This document shows, one piece after another, positions 1 through 8,400 of a DNA stretch of 20,038 bases. The position numbers and the translations under genes are program-made. Source of the stretch: a bacterium (GTDB lineage: Bacteria; SZUA-182; DTGQ01; JAFGSM01); assembly GCA_049472355.1 (NCBI GenBank), contig JBLIRP010000069.1, forward strand, positions 1-20,038. The letters are read 5' to 3'. The first letter of the stretch is position 1, and each line of letters starts with the position of its first letter. The notes beneath the pieces are model-generated. The model saw nothing but the letters and a program-made list of their open reading frames with translations. It searched no databases and had not been told where the DNA came from.

Positions 1-298
1 TGCCCCCCGGGCTGTACCCCATTCCACCCATCAAGGAGACGTATTCGAGGAGGGAAAACTCGCCGTTGATGCCCAGATACCCGTAGGGTATACCATATCC
101 CGCTGCATAGCGAAGAAAGGGACCGCTCAATGATCCCTCGCGCTGATAGGGTGAGGAGGGATAGTAGGATCCCCGTTGCGGGTACCGTTGGGCCATGGAT
201 ACTGCGGGAACAAGGCACTGAAGGGACACCTGGAACACAAAGGCACACACGAGCACGATAACGGGATGAATGATTGTTATTGACGATGGTCTCCGCAT
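1..298 (-). CDS. Secreted/outer-membrane protein, partial (runs off the left edge); possible beta-barrel
   Basis: Not in the ORF track. Manual translation from ATG at 298 (GAGGGG SD 6 nt upstream) is open to position 1: MRRPSSITIIHPVIVLVCAFVFQVSLQCLVPAVSMA-QRYPQRGSYYPSSPYQREGSLSGPFLRYAAGYGIPYGYLGINGEFSLLEYVSLMGGMGYSPGG. Signal-peptide-like N-terminus followed by Gly/aromatic strand-like segments. Confidence 0.75.
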   Translation of the reverse strand, partial: MRRPSSITIIHPVIVLVCAFVFQVSLQCLVPAVSMAQRYPQRGSYYPSSPYQREGSLSGPFLRYAAGYGIPYGYLGINGEFSLLEYVSLMGGMGYSPGG

Positions 299-363
299 AT
301 CCGACCCCTCACCTTTCCCTTTTTGTCGGTAGTATGGGCCTGCATCTTTTCACCTGGTGATCC

Positions 364-1425
364 CTATTCACTCTCGAGTATCTTGAGCATCTCCTCATCC
401 ATATAGGGCTCGGTCTCATACTTGTCGATTTTTTGAAGTTTTTCGGTGATATCCTGGACGATATCGCACTGGATGAGTATCTGCTCCAGGTATTCCAGGA
501 CCACGTGCCGCTCCTTGGGTTCCTTGAGCATGATCTCGGTGAGCCCCCTGACGCAGGTGATGGGCTGGTTTATATGATGTGCCGTGGCAATCGCCAGGTC
601 CTTTGCCGCCTTGATCCGTTCGATCTCCCGCTCCTGCTCCTGGATCTTCAAATGCTCCGTGATGTCATGGAGGAGAAGGAAGATGAGGGGTTTTTGTTTC
701 AGCCCGCTCTTCGGCGAAAGCATATATCCCTTGAAGGTCTTCGTGATATTGTTGTTCCCGCTCAGTTGGATCTCGAATTCCTGGTTTTGGTCCCGGTGAT
801 CAGAGAGGGATCGAAACGCCCGTTCGATTCGTTTCTTGTCCTCAACGGTAAGGAGATCAATCCAGTTTTTTCCCACCAGGCTGCTCAGGGATAATCCGAA
901 CTGGGTCTCCCAACTCGGGCTTGCATACAGACAATTTGTATCCTCGTCCAGCAGGAGAAGCAGATCGTGGATATTCTCGACCACGATGCGGTAGCGATCC
1001 TCCGATTCCCTCAATCCCAGCTCCGCCTTCTTTTGTCCCTCCACGATCCTCATTTCCTTGATCGCCCGGTCGATCCTCAACTTCAGGACATTATAGTCGC
1101 AGGGTTTGAGGATGAAATCGTATGCCCCCTTGTGCATCGCCTGCATGGCCATCTGCAGGGATCCATATCCGGTAAGCACCATGACGATGACACCGGGCGC
1201 CCTCTGGAAGATTGCGGAGAGCAATTTCTCGCTCCCCATCTCTTCCATGATCAACTCGGTGAGCACGATGTCGAAGCTGTCCCGCTCCAGTGCCTTGAGT
1301 GCCCTCGACACCGTGGATACGCCCACCGCCAGGTACCCGTCGAAATTGAGAAGGGAGATAAAGCTCTTCAGCACGAGGGGGTCGTCATCGATAATGAGGA
1401 TCTTCCATCGTTTCTCATCGGGCAT
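364..1425 (-). CDS. Atypical receiver (D->E) + PAS + HisKA-like DHp domain protein, no HATPase domain
   Basis: REC motifs ILIIDDD, DIVLTELIM, VLTGYG, DFILKP; coiled coil LRESEDRYR; PAS ending HDITE; H-box AHHINQPI; the protein ends ~70 aa later with no N/G1/F/G2 boxes. AGGAGG SD; overlaps the upstream kinase by 11 nt. Confidence 0.9.
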   Translation of the reverse strand: MPDEKRWKILIIDDDPLVLKSFISLLNFDGYLAVGVSTVSRALKALERDSFDIVLTELIMEEMGSEKLLSAIFQRAPGVIVMVLTGYGSLQMAMQAMHKGAYDFILKPCDYNVLKLRIDRAIKEMRIVEGQKKAELGLRESEDRYRIVVENIHDLLLLLDEDTNCLYASPSWETQFGLSLSSLVGKNWIDLLTVEDKKRIERAFRSLSDHRDQNQEFEIQLSGNNNITKTFKGYMLSPKSGLKQKPLIFLLLHDITEHLKIQEQEREIERIKAAKDLAIATAHHINQPITCVRGLTEIMLKEPKERHVVLEYLEQILIQCDIVQDITEKLQKIDKYETEPYMDEEMLKILESE

Positions 1426-3040
1426 GACAGACCTCCTGCGAAATCGTTTCAGGGACGGGTGAGCCCGTGTACAAGGGGAGGGTGACGATGACGGTCGTTC
1501 CTATTCCGTCAAGGCTGTTGATACGGATATCTCCTCCCATGTCATTGATGATCCAGTAGGAGACCGTGAGCCCTAGTCCGGAGGCATTGGTTTTTTTCTT
1601 GGTGGTGTAGAAGGGATTGAAGATACTGGGAAGGTGCTCAGCCGGAATCCCGCGGCCGGTATCGGTAAACTGTATCTCGATGTATGCCTCTTTGTTGAGG
1701 CTGGAAAGGGAGATCTTGCCTCCCCCTTCCATTGACTCGATGGCGTTGACGATGATGTTGAGGAATGTCTGGTAGAGCAGCTTCGAGTTGGCGAGCACCA
1801 TTGCGCTATCGGGGCTGAACGCGAACTTGATCTGTATTTGATCGAGCTTCATCTGGTGCTTGGTCAGGGAGACCACCTTTTGGAGAAGCTGGTGCACATC
1901 CACCAGGCCCTTTTCTGAGGTGTCGAACTGGGATATCTCGATAATCTTTTGCATGATATTCTCGATACGGTGCTCGCTCTCTCTGAGCATATCCAATGCA
2001 TACCGGTGCGTCTGGACGAAGTTGCTGTTCTTTTCAAGGATCGTTATGACGTTCTTGACCGCCTGGAGGGGATTGTTTATCTCCAATGCCATGCCGGAGG
2101 CGAGTTTTCCCATGGACATCGTCGATTCGGAGCGCATGATTGCATGCTGGGTTTCCTTCAGATCGGTTACATCCCTGATGGAACCCTGCACGCCGCACAG
2201 CATCCCTTTCTTATCCCGTGTCGGCGAATAGGTCATCTGAAGCCAGCATACCCCCCTGGCGGGATGGTTGATCTTGAATTCAAATTTTCCCTGATCGGGT
2301 GTTTCGACGAGATTGTTCATCAACGCCATCATCTTCCCCTTATGTTCGGGGAGGACCAGATCGTAGAACCGGTCAGGTTCCGACATGAGGGCACTTGCGG
2401 ATTCCCCAACCACATATTTGCAACTGGGGCTGACAAAGGTGAATTTCCCCTTTGTGTCGAGAGAGAACACCATATCATGGATACTGGTGAGGATCAGGTG
2501 GCAGGTTTCCGAAAGGTTCTTGATCGCCCGCATGTTTCTCTTGACAATGATGATGACGCTTCCGAAATAGAGCGCGACAATGAACAGGAAGGGGAGCCTG
2601 AGGAGGTAGTCCTCCTTGTAGATGAAGTTCCTTTGGAGGTGATGGATGAGAAAAAACCCGTAGATGGTGCAGAAAATGAACGCACTGAGGATGACGCTCT
2701 TCAGGCTGTGGGCAATGCTGATAATAATGATCTCGAGAAAGAATACCACATAGAAATCGGCCTCGATGACACCCGCCGTATAGATCCCCAGCGAGATCAT
2801 GGTGGTGTCGAAGAAAAACAAAGCTATGTCAAAGGTCTTATGATCGAAGAAGGACTCCTTTTGAAAGCTGAGTATAACATTGGAGATGACGTAGATGATG
2901 ATGAGCAGGGATTCGGGTGAAATGAGCGAGAAAAGATTGAGCCCCTGACCGAAAATGATAAGGTACGAGATGACAATAACGACCAGCCATCGTGTCAGGA
3001 GTACGATTCTCTTTTTTGACCAATCCACACCGAAGTTCAT
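1415..3040 (-). CDS. Membrane-bound PAS sensor histidine kinase-like protein (NtrB/PilS-like) with His->Leu H-box
   Basis: About 6 N-terminal hydrophobic segments; PAS-PAC (...RDVTD); DHp MGKLASGMALEINNPL; HATPase N box (LNIIVNAIES), G1 (DTGRGIP), F (FNPFYTTK), G2 (SGLGL). Start placed at ATG 3040 (MNFGVDW) because the track start at 3160 overlaps the upstream gene. Confidence 0.9.
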   Translation of the reverse strand: MNFGVDWSKKRIVLLTRWLVVIVISYLIIFGQGLNLFSLISPESLLIIIYVISNVILSFQKESFFDHKTFDIALFFFDTTMISLGIYTAGVIEADFYVVFFLEIIIISIAHSLKSVILSAFIFCTIYGFFLIHHLQRNFIYKEDYLLRLPFLFIVALYFGSVIIIVKRNMRAIKNLSETCHLILTSIHDMVFSLDTKGKFTFVSPSCKYVVGESASALMSEPDRFYDLVLPEHKGKMMALMNNLVETPDQGKFEFKINHPARGVCWLQMTYSPTRDKKGMLCGVQGSIRDVTDLKETQHAIMRSESTMSMGKLASGMALEINNPLQAVKNVITILEKNSNFVQTHRYALDMLRESEHRIENIMQKIIEISQFDTSEKGLVDVHQLLQKVVSLTKHQMKLDQIQIKFAFSPDSAMVLANSKLLYQTFLNIIVNAIESMEGGGKISLSSLNKEAYIEIQFTDTGRGIPAEHLPSIFNPFYTTKKKTNASGLGLTVSYWIINDMGGDIRINSLDGIGTTVIVTLPLYTGSPVPETISQEVCHAR

Positions 3041-3066
3041 TACGTACGTCCGTATTCCATGGCAGC

Positions 3067-3480
3067 CTAATGTGTTGCGTTGATATTCAGCAACCTGGTC
3101 ACCTTGCTCAAGAGCGCATCCATCTTGAAGGGCTTTATCATATAAGCATCCGCTCCGCACTCCTTGGCCTGGTAATAGAACTTCATCTTTGTATACACGG
3201 CTGTCATGATTAGAATGGGTATCTTTTTCCCCTCCTCCATTTCCCTGATGGAGGAGCAGACATAGAAGCCATGCCTGCCAGGCAGTAAAACATCCAGTAT
3301 GACGAGGTCGATTACATTCCCCTTGACGATATCCAGTGCCTCGCTGGCATTGCCCGCATGCATTATGCGACAGCTCAAAGGCTTTAGCATCTCCGCAATG
3401 GTCATCCGAATTGCAGGCTCATCATCAACGATCAGAATAGTATGCGGCTTTTGAGGAAAATCGGAATTGCTGTCAATCAA
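3067..3480 (-). CDS. Single-domain response regulator (CheY-like receiver)
   Basis: ILIVDDE, phospho-Asp in DLVILDVLLPG, IMTA, AYMIKPF. Start placed at TTG 3480 (AAAGGAGGG SD 6 nt upstream); the track start is ATG 3576. Confidence 0.9.
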   Translation of the reverse strand: MIDSNSDFPQKPHTILIVDDEPAIRMTIAEMLKPLSCRIMHAGNASEALDIVKGNVIDLVILDVLLPGRHGFYVCSSIREMEEGKKIPILIMTAVYTKMKFYYQAKECGADAYMIKPFKMDALLSKVTRLLNINATH

Positions 3481-3622
3481 CGTAATCCCTCCTTTGCCTT
3501 CGATAGTGAAACCGCTCTTCAGTGGGAACGCTGACCGGATAAACAGCCTATCGGTGAATGTATTCATTCCCTCCATTTCTTATCGGTGTCAAAGGGTATT
3601 CCCTTTGTGGTCAATCCCGATA

Positions 3623-3638
3623 AGCATATCCCATGCCA
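3623..3638 (-). promoter_or_regulatory. Putative sigma54 (-24/-12) promoter for the signalling operon
   Basis: Minus strand TGGCATGGGATATGCT versus consensus TGGCAC-N5-TTGCW; exact GG-N10-GC spacing; AT-rich tract upstream. Confidence 0.55.
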
Positions 3639-3747
3639 TAATTTTTATGATATCGGCGGGATAAAAAGAATAATATATTTTAAAAAAAGTTATAAAAAAA
3701 TAAGATACTAAAAAAATGCCGGAATGGCAGGGAACGGGCACAGGAAG

Positions 3748-3789
3748 ATGATCAAATTTTCAACAGAGGCATCCCCAAAAAATGATCAT
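3748..3789. promoter_or_regulatory. Inverted repeat, possible activator-binding site
   Basis: ATGATCAAATTTT (3748-3760) and AAAAAATGATCAT (3777-3789) match 11/13 as an inverted repeat, 110-150 bp upstream of the -24 element. Confidence 0.3.
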
Positions 3790-3853
3790 TTGGGCAACCG
3801 CTCTCTGCTCAATACATTAATAGCTGCGATGCGCCCGGGAGGGTCGGGTTACA

Positions 3854-3932
3854 GGTAAAGTCGTGGGGCCTTCAGGTGAACGGAAGGGGTTCATAGTGGC
3901 TCCGCTTCGCTTCGCCCTAGCAAGCTTGGATT
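3854..3932 (+). repeat. ~78-bp intergenic repeat, copy 1 (tandem with copy 2)
   Basis: ggtaaagtcgtggggcc...catagtggctccgcttcgcttcgccctagcaagcttgga; 79-bp period with the next copy. Confidence 0.85.
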
Positions 3933-4010
3933 GGTGAAGTCGTGGGGGTTTTGGTAGTTCGAAAGAGTAACATAGTAGCTTCGCTGCGCTTCGCTCTGGC
4001 AAGCTTTGTT
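3933..4010 (+). repeat. ~78-bp intergenic repeat, copy 2
   Basis: ggtgaagtcgtggggg...catagtagcttcgctgcgcttcgctctggcaagctttgtt; abuts the TAA of the menA-like gene. Confidence 0.8.
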
Positions 4011-4903
4011 TATGGGGCGGCCAGGAAAAATCCCACCGCCAGCAGCGCCTGGGTCAACAGGACCATTGCGACGTTCGCGCCCTGCGCGGGGACAAGCCGT
4101 TCCCCCTGATCGTAATCCATGAGCGCGCCCTTGATCGCCCTGATTGCAAAGGGGAGGGTGAGGAGGCTCAATAAGGTCCAGGAAGGAAAGATCCCCATGA
4201 GGATGCCGAAGGGTACCCACAGGTAGGTAAGGAGGGTGATGAATGTATAGAGTATTCCCGCCTTCCTCTTTCCGAGGCGGATGACGATATGCCTGCGGCC
4301 GCCCATGCGGTCGGCCTCTGCGTCGGGGAATTCATTCAAAAAGAGAAGGTTGAAGGTGAGAAGGAAGGGAGGGACCCCTGCGAAGAATGCCAGTGGGGTG
4401 ACCTTTCCGGTGATGATGAAGTAGATCCCCACGACCGGCAGGAATCCCAGGCCGAGTCCCGCGGACATTTCGCCGATTGCCAGCGTGCTGAGCAGCGGAT
4501 TGTAGGCATAGATCATAAATATCCCGGGCAGGAGGATCATCAGAAACTCCCACCCCGCCGTGAAGGTGAAATAGATGCCGATCATGCAACCGATTCCAAG
4601 GCTTGTAAGGCCGATCCGCCTGGCCGTTTCCGGGGGGATGCGTCCGATGGGGAGAAGTCCGCTTCCCCCTGAAAATGGTGTGCGGGTGGTATGCAGATCG
4701 ATCCCCGTTTTGAAGTCGTGGTAATCGTTCAATACGTTTACACTGATATGGAGGGCGACAAGGCCGATTAACGCAAGGATCGTGTGAGTGATATGTCGAT
4801 ATCCGGAAAGATACGCCGCGCCGGTGCCGACCATAACCAGGACCACGGAAAGAAGCAGGAACTGAGGCCTCGTCTCCAAAAAGGCTGTCTTCAGATTGGT
4901 CAC
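4010..4903 (-). CDS. menA: UbiA-family prenyltransferase, MenA/UBIAD1-like (1,4-dihydroxy-2-naphthoate polyprenyltransferase)
   Basis: Motifs TRPQFL, NVLNDYHDFKTGID, TPFSGGSG, NEFPDAEADRMGGR; ~9 TM segments; GTG start with GGAGG SD. Confidence 0.8.
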   Translation of the reverse strand: MTNLKTAFLETRPQFLLLSVVLVMVGTGAAYLSGYRHITHTILALIGLVALHISVNVLNDYHDFKTGIDLHTTRTPFSGGSGLLPIGRIPPETARRIGLTSLGIGCMIGIYFTFTAGWEFLMILLPGIFMIYAYNPLLSTLAIGEMSAGLGLGFLPVVGIYFIITGKVTPLAFFAGVPPFLLTFNLLFLNEFPDAEADRMGGRRHIVIRLGKRKAGILYTFITLLTYLWVPFGILMGIFPSWTLLSLLTLPFAIRAIKGALMDYDQGERLVPAQGANVAMVLLTQALLAVGFFLAAP

Positions 4904-5075
4904 GCGTATCCTCCAGGGGATGAAACAGGATGAGTTGGCCGAATAGAAAGATATATTAAAGATATGTTATCGTATACGCGATACGTTTGCAAAGGCCCCC
5001 TACGTTTTATCCCGGTTATGGTATACAGGGGTGCATATCCGTTACCAGCAAAGAAAGTCCATGCGGAGAGAGGAA

Positions 5076-6077
5076 ATGTCGGAGATAAGACAGAATATTG
5101 CCATCAGGGAGTGGGTGATCATCGCCAGTGAGCGAGCCCGTCGCCCTCATGAATTCATCCAAAAAAAGCAGGTCGATAAGGAAACCCCGGACTACATGGA
5201 AACATGTCCCTTTTGCCCGGGAAATGAACACCTTGCCCCCCCTGAGGTCTTTTCCTTGAGGGATGACCGTAATGAATGGCTGGTGCGCTGCATTCCGAAC
5301 AAATTTCCTGCGGTCAGTGCCCAGGGGACCCTCATTCATCAGGATGAGGGGATCAAGCGGAGGTTGAGCGGGGTTGGCCTGCACGAGGTCATCGTGGAGA
5401 CACCGCATCACAGCCTTGCCACTGCGCTCATGGATGAACAACAGGTGATCAAAATTCTCGAGACTTACAAGTGCCGTTACCTGGAGGCACTTGGTGACAA
5501 GCGGATCGAGCTCGTCATCATCTTCAAGAATCATGGTCAATCAGCAGGAACGTCACTCGAACATCCTCATTCGCAGTTGATCGCCATTCCGGTGGTCCCG
5601 CAGCACGTGCGCGACAGGATGGAGGAGGCGATGCGTTTTTATGACGACCATCGGCGATGTGTGTTTTGCGAAATGCTGAAGGAGGAGATCAAGCTCCAGG
5701 AGCGCGTCATCCTGGAATCCGCCGATTTTGTTGCCTTCACACCCTATGCTGCCCTGTCGCCCTTTCATACCTGGATCCTGCCGAAACGGCACATGTCGAG
5801 TTTTACCCAGATCGACGAAACGGAGATGAGGGATTTCGCCGGTATCCTTAGGAAGGTGCTCAAAAAGATTTATGTCGGGCTCAATGATCCCGACTTCAAT
5901 TATGTCATCCGCTCCATTCCCGCCCCGTACGGCGATACCTCCTTTTTCCACTGGTACCTGAGCATCGTTCCCAGGGTTTCCCTGGCTGCCGGGTTTGAAT
6001 TGGGCTCGGGTATGTTCATCAATACCTCCATCCCCGAGGAGAATGCGGAATTCCTGAAGGGGATCGCGGTCGATTGA
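5076..6077 (+). CDS. galT: Galactose-1-phosphate uridylyltransferase (GalT family)
   Basis: WVIIASERARRP, CPFCPGNE, NKFPA, GLHEVIVETP, FKNHG..AGTSLEHPHSQ (HxHxQ active site), AGFELGSG. Start at ATG 5076 (MSEIRQN). Confidence 0.92.
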   Translation: MSEIRQNIAIREWVIIASERARRPHEFIQKKQVDKETPDYMETCPFCPGNEHLAPPEVFSLRDDRNEWLVRCIPNKFPAVSAQGTLIHQDEGIKRRLSGVGLHEVIVETPHHSLATALMDEQQVIKILETYKCRYLEALGDKRIELVIIFKNHGQSAGTSLEHPHSQLIAIPVVPQHVRDRMEEAMRFYDDHRRCVFCEMLKEEIKLQERVILESADFVAFTPYAALSPFHTWILPKRHMSSFTQIDETEMRDFAGILRKVLKKIYVGLNDPDFNYVIRSIPAPYGDTSFFHWYLSIVPRVSLAAGFELGSGMFINTSIPEENAEFLKGIAVD

Positions 6078-6116
6078 CCTGCCGTTGCAGCCCGATTCAA
6101 GCCGGACAGAGGGGTT

Positions 6117-6563
6117 TTATTCGGGGGTGGCAGGGCCCTCGCCAGCAAGGGACGACAACGCCGTATGGATTGGCGTGGGGGGGCGGGTGCATCGAAACTC
6201 GTGGTCCACAAAGGCATTGGTGGTTTCTCCGAGGGCAATCAGGGCATGATCGGCCTTTCTTATAATCTGGTAGCCGAAGATAATGCTGCCGCGTCTGAGC
6301 TCTTCGATCCATGTGATTACCTCGAGTAGTTCATCATACCGAGCCGGTTGAAGGTACCTGCACCTGACCTCCACCACAGGGGAGAGGATGCCGGACTTTT
6401 CGATCTCGGAATAGGTGAGCCCTGCGGAGCGCAAAAGCTCGGTCCTCCCCATCTCAAACCACCTGAGATAGGTGCCATAGTAAACGGCACCGCCATGGTC
6501 CGTATCGGCGTAAATGACGCGGACCTCCAGCTTGTTGTAGTATCCTCCAGGGGAATGCCCCAT
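6117..6563 (-). CDS. Acyl-CoA thioesterase, YbgC/FadM (4HBT hotdog) family
   Basis: RVIYADTDHGGAVYYGTYLRWFEMGRTE and YLQPARYDELL motifs. Start uncertain (6563 or 6587; track start 6647). Confidence 0.88.
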   Translation of the reverse strand: MGHSPGGYYNKLEVRVIYADTDHGGAVYYGTYLRWFEMGRTELLRSAGLTYSEIEKSGILSPVVEVRCRYLQPARYDELLEVITWIEELRRGSIIFGYQIIRKADHALIALGETTNAFVDHEFRCTRPPTPIHTALSSLAGEGPATPE

Positions 6564-6746
6564 TATCGATCGCCGGTGTTCCTTCATCGCGTAATACGAT
6601 TCCTCAGAAGCCCTGCCTTGTTCCATGCATAAGGAGGGTGGATTCATCCGATATATCGCGTATAAACAGGATCAGGATAGCAGGAATGGGCTGCAGATGC
6701 AAGAATCGGCCGCATGGGTCGCGCGTGGGCATACATGTTTACTCGG

Positions 6747-8108
6747 TCATCCGCCCTCATCGGTTGAAGGCGATACCGTCTTTTTTGAGTGGGCCTGGGC
6801 GGCCTCTTCGTTGCCCAGGAGGGAGAAATAGCGGGCAAAATGGTGATGCGATTTTTCCTCGTCCCCCTTTTTATTGTAAAGGATGCCCAGAAAGTTGTGG
6901 CTCTCCGGGAATTCCGGGCAGATGCGAACCGATTCCAGGAACGCCTCAATTGCCTCATCAATCCTTTGATGATCCATCAGCGTCCTCCCCAGGTAGTGCT
7001 GGGCCAGCGGATCATCCGGTTTGATTGCTACGGCCTGTTTCAAAAATGATTCCGCATCTTCGATGCGGTCTCTCCGGTAAAGAAATATGGCGTAATCCCT
7101 TAACAGGTCCTCGTCCCTGGGGGAAAGGGTAAGCCCCTTTTTGTAGTATCCCTCTGCGTCCTTCGATGAGCCGAGCTTTTCATGGATGAGGGCGAGACTG
7201 TAGATGACATCGACATCGTTTGGATTATCCATGGACAGCGGGGTGAACTCTGCGAGGAGCCGGTCCGCCAGTTCCGTTTCAACCCGGCACCACAATTTAA
7301 GTCTCGAGAATCGTTCCATCGATCGCGAGGGGCATGAAGGGCATGCCTCGGCACGTTTTTTTATGTTGATGAGGCGGTCAACGGGCATCGGGTGGGTGGA
7401 AAGATATACCGGCGGCGAGATGGTGATCTGGGAGAGAACCCGCAATTTTTCCATGAACCGGGGCGCGCCCTCGCTGTTGAATCCGGATTGTGCGAGATAG
7501 CGCAATCCATAGCTGTCCGCTTCGTATTCCTGGATCCTGCTGTAGCTGAGGGCGAGATTCTGGTTGAGTCCCAGGCTGAGGGCCGGAATGCCTGCCTGGA
7601 GATCGCTGTCCCTGGCTATAAGCGCCCCCAGGACAATAAGGGCGAGGGTGGAGAGATCCACCTTTGCCTGCTGGGAAATGAAATTCATGAAGTGCCCCCG
7701 CATCACGTGGGCGGTCTCATGGCAGAGGACGAATGCCAGTTCATCCGCTGTGTCGCAGGTTTGGATCAGTCTGTTGGTGACGAAGATGTAGCCGTTCGGC
7801 AGGGCGAACGCATTGACGTCGCCGGAGATGATGGGAAAGAAGGTGAATTCGTAGGGATTGACTGGAAGATTACCCACGATCCTTTTCCCGATCCCTTCGA
7901 GCTCATGCCGGATGAGGGGATTCTTGGTAAAGGAGAGGTGCGGCCGTATCTGGGCGTAGACCTTCCTGCCGAGATCCACCTCGGGAGGAGTCTTCTGGGT
8001 TGATGCCCGGACAGAGCCTTGGCAGACGGTGAGCAGGAATATCCCTGAGACGATGCATGAGGCTGCAAAACGTATACAAACCTTTGGTATTTTTTCGTAC
8101 ATACTCAT
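6747..8108 (-). CDS. M48 zinc metalloprotease with C-terminal TPR repeats (BepA/YfgC-like)
   Basis: Signal peptide; VNAFALPNG, HETAH (HExxH), YSRIQEYEAD, YLSTHP; several TPR motifs in the C-terminal third. The start may be ATG 8102. Confidence 0.9.
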   Translation of the reverse strand: MSMYEKIPKVCIRFAASCIVSGIFLLTVCQGSVRASTQKTPPEVDLGRKVYAQIRPHLSFTKNPLIRHELEGIGKRIVGNLPVNPYEFTFFPIISGDVNAFALPNGYIFVTNRLIQTCDTADELAFVLCHETAHVMRGHFMNFISQQAKVDLSTLALIVLGALIARDSDLQAGIPALSLGLNQNLALSYSRIQEYEADSYGLRYLAQSGFNSEGAPRFMEKLRVLSQITISPPVYLSTHPMPVDRLINIKKRAEACPSCPSRSMERFSRLKLWCRVETELADRLLAEFTPLSMDNPNDVDVIYSLALIHEKLGSSKDAEGYYKKGLTLSPRDEDLLRDYAIFLYRRDRIEDAESFLKQAVAIKPDDPLAQHYLGRTLMDHQRIDEAIEAFLESVRICPEFPESHNFLGILYNKKGDEEKSHHHFARYFSLLGNEEAAQAHSKKTVSPSTDEGG

Positions 8109-8228
8109 ATTATAATCACTTGCAATGAAATAATCTAAATTTTTGAATCCTGGGGCGGGATCTCGGGAAATCGGTTTTATGCAGGACAGGGATTGAGGCA
8201 GGCATTTTCGCTGCGCATGGGAAGCATT

Positions 8229-8305
8229 GGTGAAGTCGCGAGCCTTTGGGTGAATGGAAGGGGTTCATAGTGGCTCCGCTTCGCTCCGCCTTAACGAAGT
8301 TTGGT
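8229..8305 (+). repeat. ~78-bp intergenic repeat, copy 3
   Basis: ggtgaagtcgcgagcctttgggtgaatggaaggggttcatagtggctccgcttcgctccgccttaacgaagtttggt; close to copy 1. Confidence 0.85.
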
Positions 8306-8323
8306 GTGTAGCTCCGCTGCGTC

Positions 8324-8400
8324 CTTATAAAGGTTGGCCTTAGGGGTTGCCGAGGGGCACCATAGTGGCTCCGCTTCGCTCCGCCCTAGCAAGCTTGGTT
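8324..8400 (+). repeat. ~78-bp intergenic repeat, copy 4 (5' half degenerate, start approximate)
   Basis: Core catagtggctccgcttcgctccgccctagcaagcttgg (8361-8398) differs from copy 1 at one position; abuts the TAA of the LysE gene. Confidence 0.8.

Noticed and set aside
433..2920. Long plus-strand ORFs 433..894, 967..1485 and 1949..2920 (similarly 7392..8003, 9882..10616, 13269..14063)
   Set aside because: Antisense shadows of well-supported genes, with no recognisable motifs.
3854..4010. Tandem 79-bp units as a CRISPR array
   Set aside because: Only two units per site, the would-be spacers are homologous to each other, and there are no cas genes in the window.
3817..4220. ORFs 3817..4002 and 3891..4220 (also 8340..8663 and 14075..14395) sharing ARAERSGATM-like peptides
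   Set aside because: The shared peptide is just the translation of the DNA repeat; the ORFs overlap real genes or lack an SD.
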